Shown: positions 34,001 through 46,118 of the stretch, piece after piece
Numbering within the stretch: position 1 is the stretch's first letter
Layout of the letters: each line of letters opens with the position of its first letter
Source: Bugula neritina
Lineage: Eukaryota > Animalia > Bryozoa
Assembly: GCA_964035545.1 (NCBI GenBank)
Contig: OZ037771.1
Coordinates: 9,800,480-9,864,479, forward strand
Direction of reading: 5' to 3'
DNA length: 64,000 nt
Position numbers and translations under genes: made by a program
The notes under the pieces: generated by a model
Seen by the model: the letters and a program-made list of their open reading frames with translations, nothing else
What the model was told of the DNA's origin: nothing
Databases searched by the model: none

Positions 34001-37000
34001 ACTGCAACGTACTGAAAGACACTTCAACTCACTGAAGTATAGTGTAATATACGGAAATGTACTGTAACATACTGATATTTACTGTAACACACTGAATTAT
34101 ACTGCAACATACTGAAATACACTGTAACATACCGAAATAAACTGCAACATAATGAAACATACTGAATTACACTGTAACATACTAAAATACACTGCAACAT
34201 TCTGCAACATACTTCAACGTACTGAAAGACGCTGTAACATAATGAAATACACTGCAACACATTGAAATATACCGCAACAGACTGGAATATTCTGCAAAAC
34301 ATCCAAGTACATCGTAATATACGGACATGTACTGTAACATACTGAAACACACCGAAACATACTGAAACATACTGAAACATACTGAAACATACTGAAACAT
34401 TCTGAGATACACTGCAACATCCTGCAACATACTGAAATACACTGTAACATGATGAAATACACTGCAACACATTGAAAAATACTGCAACATACTGAAAGCC
34501 ACTTCAACTCACTGAAGTATAGTGTAATATACGGAAATGTACTGTAACATACTGAAACACACTGAAACATACTGAAACATACTGAAACATACTGAAACAT
34601 ACTGAAACATACTGAAACATACTGAAATCCACTGCAACAAACTGCAACGTACTGAAACATACTATAACACGATGAAATACACTGCAACACATTGAAATAT
34701 ACTGCAACAAACTGAAATATCCTGCAACATACTGAAACGTACTGCAACATACTGAAATTAATTGCAACATATCGAAGTATATCGTAGTAAACGGACATGT
34801 ACTGTAACATACTGAAACACACTGAAACACACTGAAACATACTGAAACATACTGAAATCCACTGCAACATACTGCAACATACTGAAGCATACTGTAACAT
34901 TATGAAATACACTGCAATACATTGAAGTATACTGCAACAAACTGAAATATACTGCAACATACTAAAATGCACTGCAACATACTGAAATACATTGCAATAT
35001 ATCGAAGTATATCGTAATATACGGACATGTACTGTAGCATGCTGAAACACACTGAAACATACTGAAACATACTGAAATATACTGAAATATACTGAAATAC
35101 ACTGTAACACATTGGAAAATACTGCAACATACTGAAAGCCACTTCAACTCACTGAAGTATAGTGTAATATACTGAAATGTACTGCAACATACTGAAATAC
35201 ATTGCAACATATCGAAGTATATCGTAATAAACGGACATGTACTGTAACATATTGAAACACACTGAAACATACTGAAACATACTGAAACATACTGAAACAT
35301 ACTGAAACATACTGAAATCCACTGCAACAAACTGCAACGTACTGAAACATACTGTAACATGATGAAATACACTGCAACACATTGAAATATACTGCAACAA
35401 ACTGAAATATACTGCAACATACTGAAACGTACTGCAACATACTGAAATTAATTGCAACATATCGAAGTATATCGTAGTAAACGGACATGTACTGTAACAT
35501 ACTGAAACACACTGAAACATACTGAAACATACTGAAACATACTGAAATACACTGCAACATACTGCAACATACTGAAGCATGCTGTAACATTATGAAATAC
35601 ACTGCAATACATTGAAATATACTGCAACAAACTGAAATATACTGCAACATACTAAAATGCACTGCAACATACTGAAATACATTGCAATATATCGAAGTAT
35701 ATCGTAATATACGGACATGTACTGTAGCATACTGAAACACACTGAAACATACTGAAACATACTGAAATATACTGAAATATACTGAAATACACTGTAACAC
35801 ATTGGAAAATACTGCAACATACTGAAAGCCACTTCAACTCACTGAAGTATAGTGTAATATACGGAAATGTACTGTAACATACTGATCTTTACTGTAACAT
35901 ACCGAAATAAACTGCAACATAATGCAACATACTGAATTACACTGTAACATACTAAAACACACTGCAACATTCTGCAACATACTGCAACATACTGAAATAC
36001 ACTGTAACATGATGAAGTACACTGCAACACATTGAAATACACTGCAACAAATTGAAATACACTGCAACGTACTGAAATGTACTGCAACATACTGAAATAC
36101 ATTGCAACATATCGAAGTAAATCGTAATAAACGGACATGTGCTGTAGCATACTGAAACACACTGAAACATACTGAAACATACTGAAACATACTGAAACAT
36201 ACTGAAACATACTCAAATACACTGCAACATACTGCAACATACTGAAACATACTGTAACATGATAAAATACACTGCAACACATTGAAATATACTACAACAA
36301 ACTGAATTATACTGCAACGTGCTGAAACGTACTGCAACATACTGAAATTAATTGCAACATATCGAAGTATATCGTAATATACGGACATGTACTGTAACAT
36401 ACTGAAACACACTGAAAGATACTGAAACATACTGAAAGATACTGAAACATACTGAAACATACTGAGATACACTGCAACATACTGCAACATACTGAAATAC
36501 ACTGTAACATGATGAAATACACTGCAACACATTGAAATATACTGCAACAAACTGAAATATACTGCAACATACTGAAACGTGCTGCAACATACTGAAATAC
36601 ATTGCAATATATCGAAGTATATCGTAATATACGGACATGTACTGTAACATACTGAAACGCACTGAAACATACTGAAACATACCGAAATATACTAGATATA
36701 CTGAAATACACTGTAACACATTGAAAAATACTGCAACGTACTGAAAGACACTTCAACTCACTGAAGTATAGTGTAATATACGGAAATGTACTGTAACATA
36801 CTGATATTTACTGTAACACACTGAAATATACTGCAACATACTGAAATACACTGTAACATACCGAAATAAACTGCAACATAATGAAACATACTGAATTACA
36901 CTGTAACATACTAAAATACACTGCAACATTCTGCAACATACTTCAACGTACTGAAAGACGCTGTAACATAATGAAATACACTGCAACACATTGAAATATA

Positions 37001-38600
37001 CCGCAACAGACTGGAATATTCTGCAACACATCCAAGTACATCGTAATATACGGACATGTACTGTAACATACTGAAACACACCGAAACATACTGAAACATA
37101 CTGAAACATACTGAAACATACTGAAACATTCTGAGATACACTGCAACATCCTGCAACATACTGAAATACACTGTAACATGATGAAATACACTGCAACACA
37201 TTGAAAAATACTGCAACATACTGAAAGCCACTTCAACTCACTGAAGTATAGTGTATTATACGGAAATGTACTGTAACATACTGATATTTACTGTAACACA
37301 CTGAAATATACTGCAACATACTGAAATACACTTTAACATACCAAAATTAACTGCAACATAATGCAACATACTGAATTACACTGTAACATACTAAAATACA
37401 CTGCAACATTCTGCAACATACTGCAACATACTGAAATACACTGTAACATGATGAAGTATAGTGCAATATACAGAAATGTACTCTAACATACTGATATTTA
37501 ATGTTACACACTGAAATATACTGCAACACACTGAAATATACTGCAAAATACTGAATTTAACTTCAACATACTGCAACATACTGAAAGACACTACAACCCA
37601 CTGAAGTATAGTGCAATATACAGAAATGTACTCTAACATACTGATATTTAATGTTACACACTGAAATATACTACAACATACTGAAATACACTGCAACATA
37701 CCGAAGTAAGCTGCAACATGCTGCAACATACTGAAATACACTGTAACATGATGTAGTACACTGCAACACATTGAAATATACTGCAACAAACTGAAATATA
37801 CTGCAACATACTGAAATGTACAGCAACATACTGAAATACATTGCAACATATCGAAGTATATCGTAGTAAACGGACATGTACTGTAACATACTGAAACACA
37901 CTGAAACATACTGAAACATACTGAAACATACTGAAACATACTGTAACATTATGAAATACACTGCAACACATTGAAATATACTGCAACAAACTGAAAAATA
38001 CTGCAACATACTAAAACGCACTGCAACATACTGAAATACATTGCAATATATCGAAGTATATCGTAATATACGGACATGTACTGTAACATACTGAAACACA
38101 CTGAAACATACTGAAGCATACTGAAACATACTGAAACATACTGAAACATTCTGAGATACACTGCAACATACTGCAACATACTGAAATACACTGTAACATG
38201 ATGAAATACACTGCAACACATTGAAATACACTGCAACAAACTGAAATATACTGCAACATACTGAAATGTACTGCAACATGCTGAAACGTACTGCAACATA
38301 CTGAAATTAATTGCAACATATCGAAGTATATCGTAATGTACGGACATGTACTGTAACATACTGAAACACACTGAAACATGCTGAAACATACTGAAACACC
38401 CTGAAACATACTGAAATACACTGCAACATACTGCAACATACAAAAACATACTGTAACATGATGAAATACACTGCAACACATTGAAATATACTGCAACAAA
38501 CTGAAATATACTGCAACATACTGAAACGTACTGCAACATACTGAAATTAATTGCAACATATCAAAGTATATCGTAATATACGGACATGTACTGTAACATA
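30990..38600. repeat. Third, more diverged partial copy of the 4.8-12.2 kb segment (offset 10,820 from the copy starting ~20170)
   Basis: ORFs at 4850/20229/31049 and 4965/20344/31164 are near-identical. The copy differs by gains or losses of whole monomers, scattered SNPs and one 1-bp deletion at ~36694. Confidence 0.85.
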
Positions 38601-39969
38601 CTGAAACACACTGAAACATACTGAAACATACTGAAATATATTGAAATATACTGAAATACACTGTAACACATTGAAAAATACTGCAACATACTGAAAGACA
38701 CTTCAACTCACTGAAGTATAGTGTAATTTATGGAAATGTACTGTAACATACTGATAATTACTGCAACACACTGAAATATACTGCAACATACTGAAATACA
38801 CTGTAACATACCAAAATAAACTGCAACATAATGCAACATACTGAATTACACTGTAACATACTAAATTACACTGCAACATTCTGCAACATACTTCAACGTA
38901 CTGAAATACACTGTAACATAATGAAATACACTGCGACATACTGCAACATACTGAAGTACACTGTAAAACATTGAAATACACTGCAACACATTGGAATATA
39001 CTGCAACATACCCAAATAACTGGTAATATACAGAAATATACTGAAATACACTGTAACACATTGCAAAAGACTGCAACATACTGAAAGACACTACAACTCA
39101 CTGAAGTACAGTGTATTATACGGAAATGTACTGTAACATACTGATATTTACTGCAACACACTGAAATATACTGCAACATACTGGAATACACTGTAACCTA
39201 CCATAAAAAACTGCAACATACTGCAACATAGTGAAATACACTGTAACATACTAAAATACACTGCAACATTCTGCAACATTCTTCTACATACTGAAAGACA
39301 CTGTAACATAATGAAATACACTGCAACACATTGAAATATACCGCAACACACTGGAATATACTGCAACACATCCAAGTACATCGTAATATACGGACATGTA
39401 CTGTAACATACTGAAACATACTGAAACAAACTGCAACATTCTGAAGTACACTGTAAAATATTGAAATACAATGCAACACATTGGAATATACTGCAACACA
39501 CTGAAGTTTACTGCAACAAACTGAAATATGCTGCAACATACTGAAACGTACTGCAACATACTGAAATTAATTGCAACATATCAAAGTATATCGTAATATA
39601 CGGACATGTACTGTAACATACTGAAACACACTGAAACATACTGAAACATACTGAAATATACTGAAATATACTGAAATACACTGTAACACATTGAAAAATA
39701 CTGCAACATACTGAAAGACACTTCAACTCACTGAAGTATAGTGTAATTTACGGAAATGTACTGTAACATACTGATAATTACTGCAACACACTGAAATATA
39801 CTGCAACATACTGAAATACACTGTAACATACCAAAATAAACTGCAACATAATGCAACATTCTGAGTTACACTGTAACATACTAAATTACACTGCAACATT
39901 CTGCAACATACTTCAACGTACTGAAATACACTGTAACATAATGAAATACACTGCAACATACTGCAACAT

Positions 39970-40135
39970 CACAGTTAGTTTAAGGTCATTACTTTCCAGA
40001 TTCAAGCACTGCTTTATGTTATATATAAACGGTTTCCAGGGGATAGCTCGAACAGTTTTTGTCTCACATTAATAAATTTTACATGAAAAGATGGCTCTTG
40101 CATTCCTCTTTCATATACTTTTTTAATTTTTCAAT
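39970..40135 (+). repeat. Left imperfect terminal inverted repeat of copy 1
   Basis: Blocks shared with the reverse complement of the right end, in order: terminal 20-mer, tgctttatgtt-tatat-aac, gatagctcgaacag (40042-40055), atgaaaagat, atatactttttta-ttttt. Confidence 0.85.
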
Positions 40136-40865
40136 AAAAAATTTTCTGAGAAAGTTGTTGCATAATAAGTAAAATTTTACACCCTCCATGTTCCACTGCT
40201 GTAGCACAGGGGATTTATTTTATAAAGTCTAAAAGTGAAACTTGACATTCCTTGATATGTTTTCTCTAATATACTTTCTTTGTTTTTTGAAATTCTGTTT
40301 ATGCTCTTCACAATTTGGTAAAAACATACACCATTATGCAAGTTTCACTGCAATTTTCTAAATTCTTCATATGGTGGTTCTAGCTACGCTCCTGTGACTA
40401 ATTATAACATCCCTAGTACGTTTGCTGCTCTGCGCGCTATCACAATAACATATAGTACCCTCTCGCACAAATTGGCAATCTATTGGATTTCTGCCAATAT
40501 AATGTTCCCTGTTTTACATTAGCACTTAGCTGAATCATCTCATTATGTTACAATCTATTGACAATGCCTCAGCACAACATAATTCTTTGTTTGTTTGGCA
40601 GAGTTAATTTCAGCTAAATCACTTCACTTTGCAGTCTTGTCAGTAAAGGTCTGTCTATATTGCAGCAGGTGTACTTCCAGTTTCTCTAATTCACATATGA
40701 TTATTTCAAGTACATTGTATTCTATAAGATCAATTTAAAGTTTAGCCCAGTGTTCAGTAGCTAAGTATTATGCATGTATGTTGTCTTACTGTTGAACAAA
40801 AGTTAAAAAACCTTTAAAATTATAGCCATATTTATTATACATGCATAGGATTTGCATAAGTTGAC

Positions 40866-40873
40866 AAAAAAAA
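40866..40873 (-). terminator. Oligo-dT (T8) Pol III terminator
   Basis: A8 on the + strand lies immediately 3' of the minus-strand tRNA-like unit and is conserved in copy 2. Confidence 0.6.
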
Positions 40874-40946
40874 TTGCAACATACTGGGATTGAACCATGA
40901 CCAACCAACTTCTCGCCGCCGCCTATAACCTCTGGACCACGCAGTC
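40874..40946 (-). ncRNA. tRNA-like Pol III unit inside transposon copy 1 (degenerate tRNA or SINE-head-like)
   Basis: Minus strand reads GACTGCG-TGGTCCAGAGG(A box)-TTATAGGCGGCGGCGAGAAGTTGGTTGGTCAT-GGTTCAATCCC(B box)-AGTATGTTGCAA-TTTTTTTT. It is 73 nt with tRNA-like box spacing. Acceptor and anticodon stems pair poorly, so it is not a functional tRNA. Confidence 0.7.
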
Positions 40947-41884
40947 ATCGTTAATAAATTGCCAACTATATGAGTAACTATCATTACATAAATATTTCGC
41001 GGCAAATGGGTTATAATTATTAGGCTGTCAATTCATGTTGATTAGCAGTGAACTGTTGCAATAGCCTCTGGTTACTAGCAAAGCTAATGGTTTTGAACAA
41101 ATAACCCAACAGTTTAAAAATAAGTAGCTTGCGTATTACTAGCTACAAAAACAGGTCTGAAATAGACTAATAAAGCAAGGTCTTATTGTAGAGTTTGCCG
41201 ATGTGCTCTAAAATAAAACTTAAACTGTATGGTATTACATGAGTATTTGTATGCGAGAGATAAATCAACAATACTGAGTTTCTGGAAAACAACATACTTG
41301 AAGTTAACTTTGACAATGGTGTGTTATTTTCATCATGCACTAGCACAGGTAGGGCCTATAGCATAAATCTCTAATCATATGAATCTTTATGAAGCCCACA
41401 GCTCATGTAAGGGTGGCAATGTAATTTGAAACTAAAAATTATGTTGCTGCATTGTGTCTAAGGTATATTAGAGAGCAGAATTTAATTTTACTAGCCTACC
41501 CCAACGGCATTCTACAATGCAGCTTATATGCTGGCAGTTGTAATAAGTACTGTCAACAGCAAGGTTACTATCACTGCTAGCTCTGTGCAGTATGTAACCT
41601 CTTGAATAATTGCGCCAATTTTAAACTCTTGGAAGTTGGCCAAGTTATCATATCGCAGCCAGCCACCGGAGACAAAGCATCAGAGCTATTCATATAATAT
41701 TATACTGATGCACTTGGTAGCAAATGTGGCTAATCTAATATAGTTCATAGTTCAACACCCTTTACTTTGGGAATACAGCCTCTTTTTTTAGGTTTACCTA
41801 ACAAAGCATGAAAATATCTAAACTGATATTCTGATAATTTAGAGGTAAATTTTGAAAACTAGGTTAATTGCACTTGTTTGCACA

Positions 41885-41980
41885 ACAACAATAATAAAAT
41901 ATATATTATGCAGTATAATAAAAACACACATAATACTATAATATAATATATTATAATGATAATAATATAATATTATAAGT
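41885..41980. repeat. AT-rich (AAT)n-like low-complexity tract inside the element
   Basis: ataataaaat...ataatgataataatataatattataag; also present in copy 2 at ~45460-45550. Confidence 0.6.
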
Positions 41981-42369
41981 ACCATTACTGCATTTTATAA
42001 CTAGGATGGTTGCCGAAAAAATGTTTCACAAATTCTGTAATTATACATCAAAAATAGAACTAGCTAGGCAGCAGGTTAGAATAGAGTAAATTTTTAAAAC
42101 ATGAAATCATGATTTGACTATCGTTTTATTTAGGCCAACCAACCTAGGAATACAAGATTGGGTTTTAGCTGACAGTTTATAACATTTAGCTTTTGAGCCA
42201 GCAGCACTGGCACTTGTAAAGTATAGGCAAAGTTAGTGAAGCGAGACTAACGAGCACTCAAATACAAGGCATATTGAGACACAATAACAAGTCAGGAGCG
42301 TATAAATTAAAAAGAATGTGGAAGGGGGACTATATTTTTCAACACGCTATAACTTAAACATGAATTGGC

Positions 42370-42545
42370 TTTTGAAAAAAATAAAAAAGTATATTGGAGA
42401 ACATAAGTTTCTTTATCTTTTCATATTTTTTTTGTTCTTGTGACATTCAACCTGTTCGAGCTATCAGTGGAACATTGTTCATATAGAACATAAAGCACCT
42501 GGCAAAGAGCCAGAAAATGAAAAGTATGACCTTAAACCAACTGTG
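42370..42545 (-). repeat. Right imperfect terminal inverted repeat of copy 1
   Basis: ctgttcgagctatc (42452-42465) is the exact reverse complement of 40042-40055. Ends in gaccttaaaccaactgtg. Confidence 0.85.
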
Positions 42546-43543
42546 ATACTGAAGTACACTGTAAAATATTAAAATACACTGCAACACATTGGAATATACT
42601 GCAACACACTGAAATATACTGTAACATACTGAAACATGAGCAATATACTGAAAGATGCCTCAACATACTCAAATACACTGCAACACATTGAAATACACTG
42701 CAACATACTGAAATATACTGCAACATACTGAAATGTACTTCAACATAATGAAAAACACTGCAACATATCAAAGTATGTTGTAATATACAGACATGTACTG
42801 AAACATACTGAAACATACTGAAATACACTGCAACAAGTTGGAATATACTGCAACATACCCAAGTATATGGTAATATAATGAAATATACTGCAACATACCG
42901 CAGCATACTGAAAAACACTGTAACAAACTGAAATACGCTGCAACACATTGGAATATACTGCAACATACCCAAATAAATGGTAATATACTGAAATATACTG
43001 AAATACACTGTAACACATTGAAAAATACTGCAACATACTGAAACACACTACAACTCACTGAAGTATAGTGTAACTTACCGAAATGTACTGTAACATACTG
43101 ATATTTACTGCAACACACTGAAACATACTGCAACATACTGAAATACACTGTTACATACTAAAATCCACTGCAACATACTAAAATACACTGCAACATTCTG
43201 CAACATTCTGCAACATACTTCAACATACTGAAATACACTGTAACAAACTGAAATACGCTGCAATACATTGGAATATACTGCAACAAACCCAAATAAATGG
43301 TAACATACTGAAATATACTGAAATACATTGTAACACATTGAAAAATACTGCAACACACTGAAAGACACTACAACTCACTGAAGTATAGTGTAATATACGA
43401 AAATGTACTGTAACATACTGATATTTACTGCAACACACTGAAATATACTGCAACATACTGTATACACTGTTACATGCCAAAATAAACTGCAACATACTGC
43501 AACATACTGAAATACACTGTAACATACTCAAATACACTGCAAC
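42546..43543. repeat. 998-bp satellite segment between the two transposon copies
   Basis: Same 10-bp monomers. Near-identical to 47091-48088 (offset 4,545; ORFs 42740/47285 and 43105/47650). Confidence 0.97.
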
Positions 43544-46118
43544 CACAGTTGGTTTAAGGTCATTACTTTCCAGATTCAGGCACTGCTTTATGTTATATAT
43601 AAACGGTTTCCAGGGGATAGCTCGAACAGTTTTTGTCTCACATTAACAAATTTTACATGAAAAGATAGCTCTTGCATTCCTCTTTCATATACTTTTTTAA
43701 TTTTTCAATAAAATTTTTTTTGAAAAAGTTGTTGCATAATAAGTAAAATTTTACACCCTCCATGTTCCACTGCTGTAGCACAGGGGATTCATTTTATAAA
43801 GTATAAAAGTGAAACTTGACATTCCTTGATATGTTTTCTCTAATATACTTTCTTTGTTTTTTGAAATTCTGTTTATGCTCTTCACAATTTGGTAAAAACA
43901 TACACCATTTTGCAAGTTTCACTGCAATTTTCTAAATTCTTCATATGGTGGTTCTAGCTACGCTCCTGTGACTAATTATAACATTCCTAGTACGTTTGCC
44001 GCTCTGCGCTATCACAATAACATATAGTACCCTCTCGCACAAATTGGCAGTCTATTGGATTTCTGCCAATATAATGTTCCCTGTTTTACATTAGCACTTA
44101 GCTGAATCATCTCACTATGTTACAATAATATATTGAAAATGCCTCAGCACAACATAATTCTTTGTTTGTTTGGCAGAGTTAATTTCAGCTAAATCACTTC
44201 ACTTTGCAGTCTTGTCAGTAAAGGTCTGTCTATAGAGCAGCAGGTGTACTTTCAGTTTCTCTAATTCACATATGATTATTTTAAGTACATTGTATTCTAT
44301 AAGATCAATTTAAGGTTTAGTCCAGTGTTCAGTATCTAATTATTATGCATGTATGTTGTCTTACTGTTGAACAAAAGTTAAAAAAAAACTTTACAATTAT
44401 AGCCATATTTATTATACATGCGTAGGATTTGCATAAGTTGACAAAAAAAATTGCGACAAAACAGGGTTGAACCATAACCAACGAACTCCTCGCTGACGCC
44501 TCTAACCTCTAGACCACGCAGTCATCGTTAATAATACGCGCACTATATGAGTAACTATCATTACATAAATATTTCGCGGCAAAAGGGTTATAATTATTAG
44601 GCTGTCAATTCATGTTGATAGCAGTCAACTGTTGCAATAGTCTCGGGTTACTAGCAAAGCTAATGGTTTTGAACAAATAACCCAAAAGTTTAAAAATAAG
44701 TAGCTTGCGTATTACTAGCTACAAAAACAGGTCTGAAATAGACTGGTAAAGCAAGCTCTTATTGTAGAGTTTGCAGATGTGCTCTAAAATAAAACTTAAA
44801 CTGTATGGTATTACATAAGTATTTGTATGCGAGAGATAAATGGACATTACTGAGTTTCTGGAAAACAACATACTTGAAGTTAACTTTGACAATGGTGTGT
44901 TATTTTCATCATACACTAGCACAGATAGGGCCTATAGCATAAATCTCTAATCATATGAATCTTTATGAAGCCCACAGCTCATGTAAGGGTGGCAAATGTA
45001 ATTTGAAACTAAAAATTATGTTGCTGCATTTTGTCTAAGGTATATTAGAGAGCAGAATTTGGTTTTACTAGCCTGCCCCAACGGCATTCTACAATGCAGC
45101 TTATATGCTGGCAGTTGTAATAAGTACTGCCAATAGCAAGGTTACTATCACTGCTAGCTCTGTGCAGTATGTAACCTCTTGAATAATTGCGCCAATTTTA
45201 AACTCTTGGAAGTTGGCCAAGTTATCATATCGCAGCCAGCCACCGGAGACAAAGCATCAGAGCTATTCATATAATATTATACTGATGCACTTGGTAGCAG
45301 AGTGGCTAATCTAATATAGTTCATAGTTCAACACCCTTTACTTTGGGAATACAGCCTCTTTTTTTAGGTTTACCTTACAAAGCATGAACATATCTAAACT
45401 GATATTCTGATAATTTAGAGGTACATTTTGAAAACTAGGTTAATTGCACTTGTTTGCACAACAACAATAATAAATTAGATATTATGCAGGATAATAAAAA
45501 CACACATAATACTATATAATATATTATAATGATAATAATATAATATTATAAGTACCATTACTGCATTTTATAAATTACATGGTTGCCAAAAAAATGTATC
45601 ACAAATTTTGTAATTATACATCAAAAATAGAACTAGCTAGGCAGCAGGTTAGAATAGAGTAAATTTTTAAAACATGAAATCATGATTTGACTATTGTTTT
45701 ATTTAGGCCAACCAACCTAGGAATACAAGATTGGGTTTTAGCTGACAGTTTATAACATTTAGCTTTTGAGCCAGCAGCACTGGCACTTGTGAAGTATAGG
45801 CAAAGTTAGTGAAGCGAGACTAACAAGCACTCAAATACAAGGCATATTGAGACACAATAACAAGTCAGGAGCGTATAAATTGAAAAGAATGTGGAAGGGG
45901 GACTATGTTTTTCAACAAGCTATAACTTAAACATGAATTGGCTTTTGAAAAAAATAAAAAAGTATATTGGAGAACATAAGTTTCTTTATCTTTTCATATT
46001 TTTTTTGTTCCTGTGACATTCAACCTGTTCGAGCTATCAGTGGAACATTGTTCATATAGAACATAAAGCACCTGGCAAAGAGCCAGAAAATGAAAAGTAT
46101 GACCTTAAACCAACTGTG
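43544..46118 (+). mobile_element. Non-autonomous TIR DNA transposon, copy 2 (2,575 bp), same family and orientation, 2-bp TSD AC
   Basis: Begins CACAGTTGGTTTAAGGTCAT and ends ATGACCTTAAACCAACTGTG (20/20). Flanks are ctgcaAC|element|ACattctgcaac, and the empty site actcaaatacactgcaACattctgcaac is present at ~48071-48098 and ~63771-63798. Colinear with copy 1 over the full length. Confidence 0.93.
44451..44523 (-). ncRNA. tRNA-like Pol III unit inside transposon copy 2
   Basis: Minus strand reads GACTGCG-TGGTCTAGAGG-TTAGAGGCGTCAGCGAGGAGTTCGTTGGTTAT-GGTTCAACCC-TGTTTTGTCGCAA-T8. A D-stem GTCT/AGGC can pair, as can a central hairpin TCAGCGA/TCGTTGG. T8 is at 44443-44450. Confidence 0.7.

Larger units (their letters stand above)
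1..39969. repeat. 10-bp monomer satellite array (left block), consensus ATACTG(C/A/T)AA(C/T)
   Basis: Uninterrupted 10-bp periodicity, visible as constant column register in the 10-nt blocks. Main monomers are ATACTGCAAC, ATACTGAAAT, ATACTGAAAC and ACACTGTAAC. The + strand is A/C-rich and G-poor throughout, with no orientation switch. Confidence 0.99.
39970..42545 (+). mobile_element. Non-autonomous TIR DNA transposon, copy 1 (2,576 bp), probable CMC clan (EnSpm/CACTA- or Mirage-like), 2-bp TSD AT
   Basis: Begins CACAGTTAGTTTAAGGTCAT and ends ATGACCTTAAACCAACTGTG (19/20 inverted match). Flanks are ctgcaacAT|element|ATactgaagt, and the empty site ctgcaacATactgaagt is present at ~47084-47100. 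No transposase ORF. Superfamily is inferred from CAC termini plus the 2-bp TSD; strand is assigned arbitrarily. Confidence 0.93.

Noticed and set aside
1-39969. CRISPR-like repeat/spacer array based on the recurring landmarks
   Set aside because: The intervening sequence is itself satellite monomer, not unique spacers. There are no cas genes and the context is eukaryotic.
39970-39997. CACAGT terminus resembling the RSS heptamer (Transib or RAG-like transposon)
   Set aside because: Only 6/7 match to CACAGTG, no clear nonamer at 12/23 spacing, and the TSD is 2 bp rather than the 5 bp of Transib/RAG transposons.
39851-40072. 73-aa + strand ORF
   Set aside because: Chance read-through across the satellite/TIR junction.
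40874-40946. Functional tRNA gene
   Set aside because: Acceptor and anticodon stems do not pair canonically and the two copies differ by 18%. Kept only as a tRNA-like Pol III unit.
44840-44900. Possible mini-exon MDITEFLENNILEVNFDN followed by GT on the + strand
   Set aside because: The ATG is absent in copy 1 (atcaac) and I recognise no homology. It would need a translated search against CMC transposases to support.
44719-44922. 67-aa ORF inside transposon copy 2
   Set aside because: Short, no recognisable transposase motif, and not called in copy 1, where the start ATG context differs.
39970-46118. LTR retroelement (two long direct repeats flanking an interior) or simple tandem duplication
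   Set aside because: Each repeat has its own TIRs and its own 2-bp TSD, the ends are CA...TG rather than TG...CA, and the interior is pure satellite.
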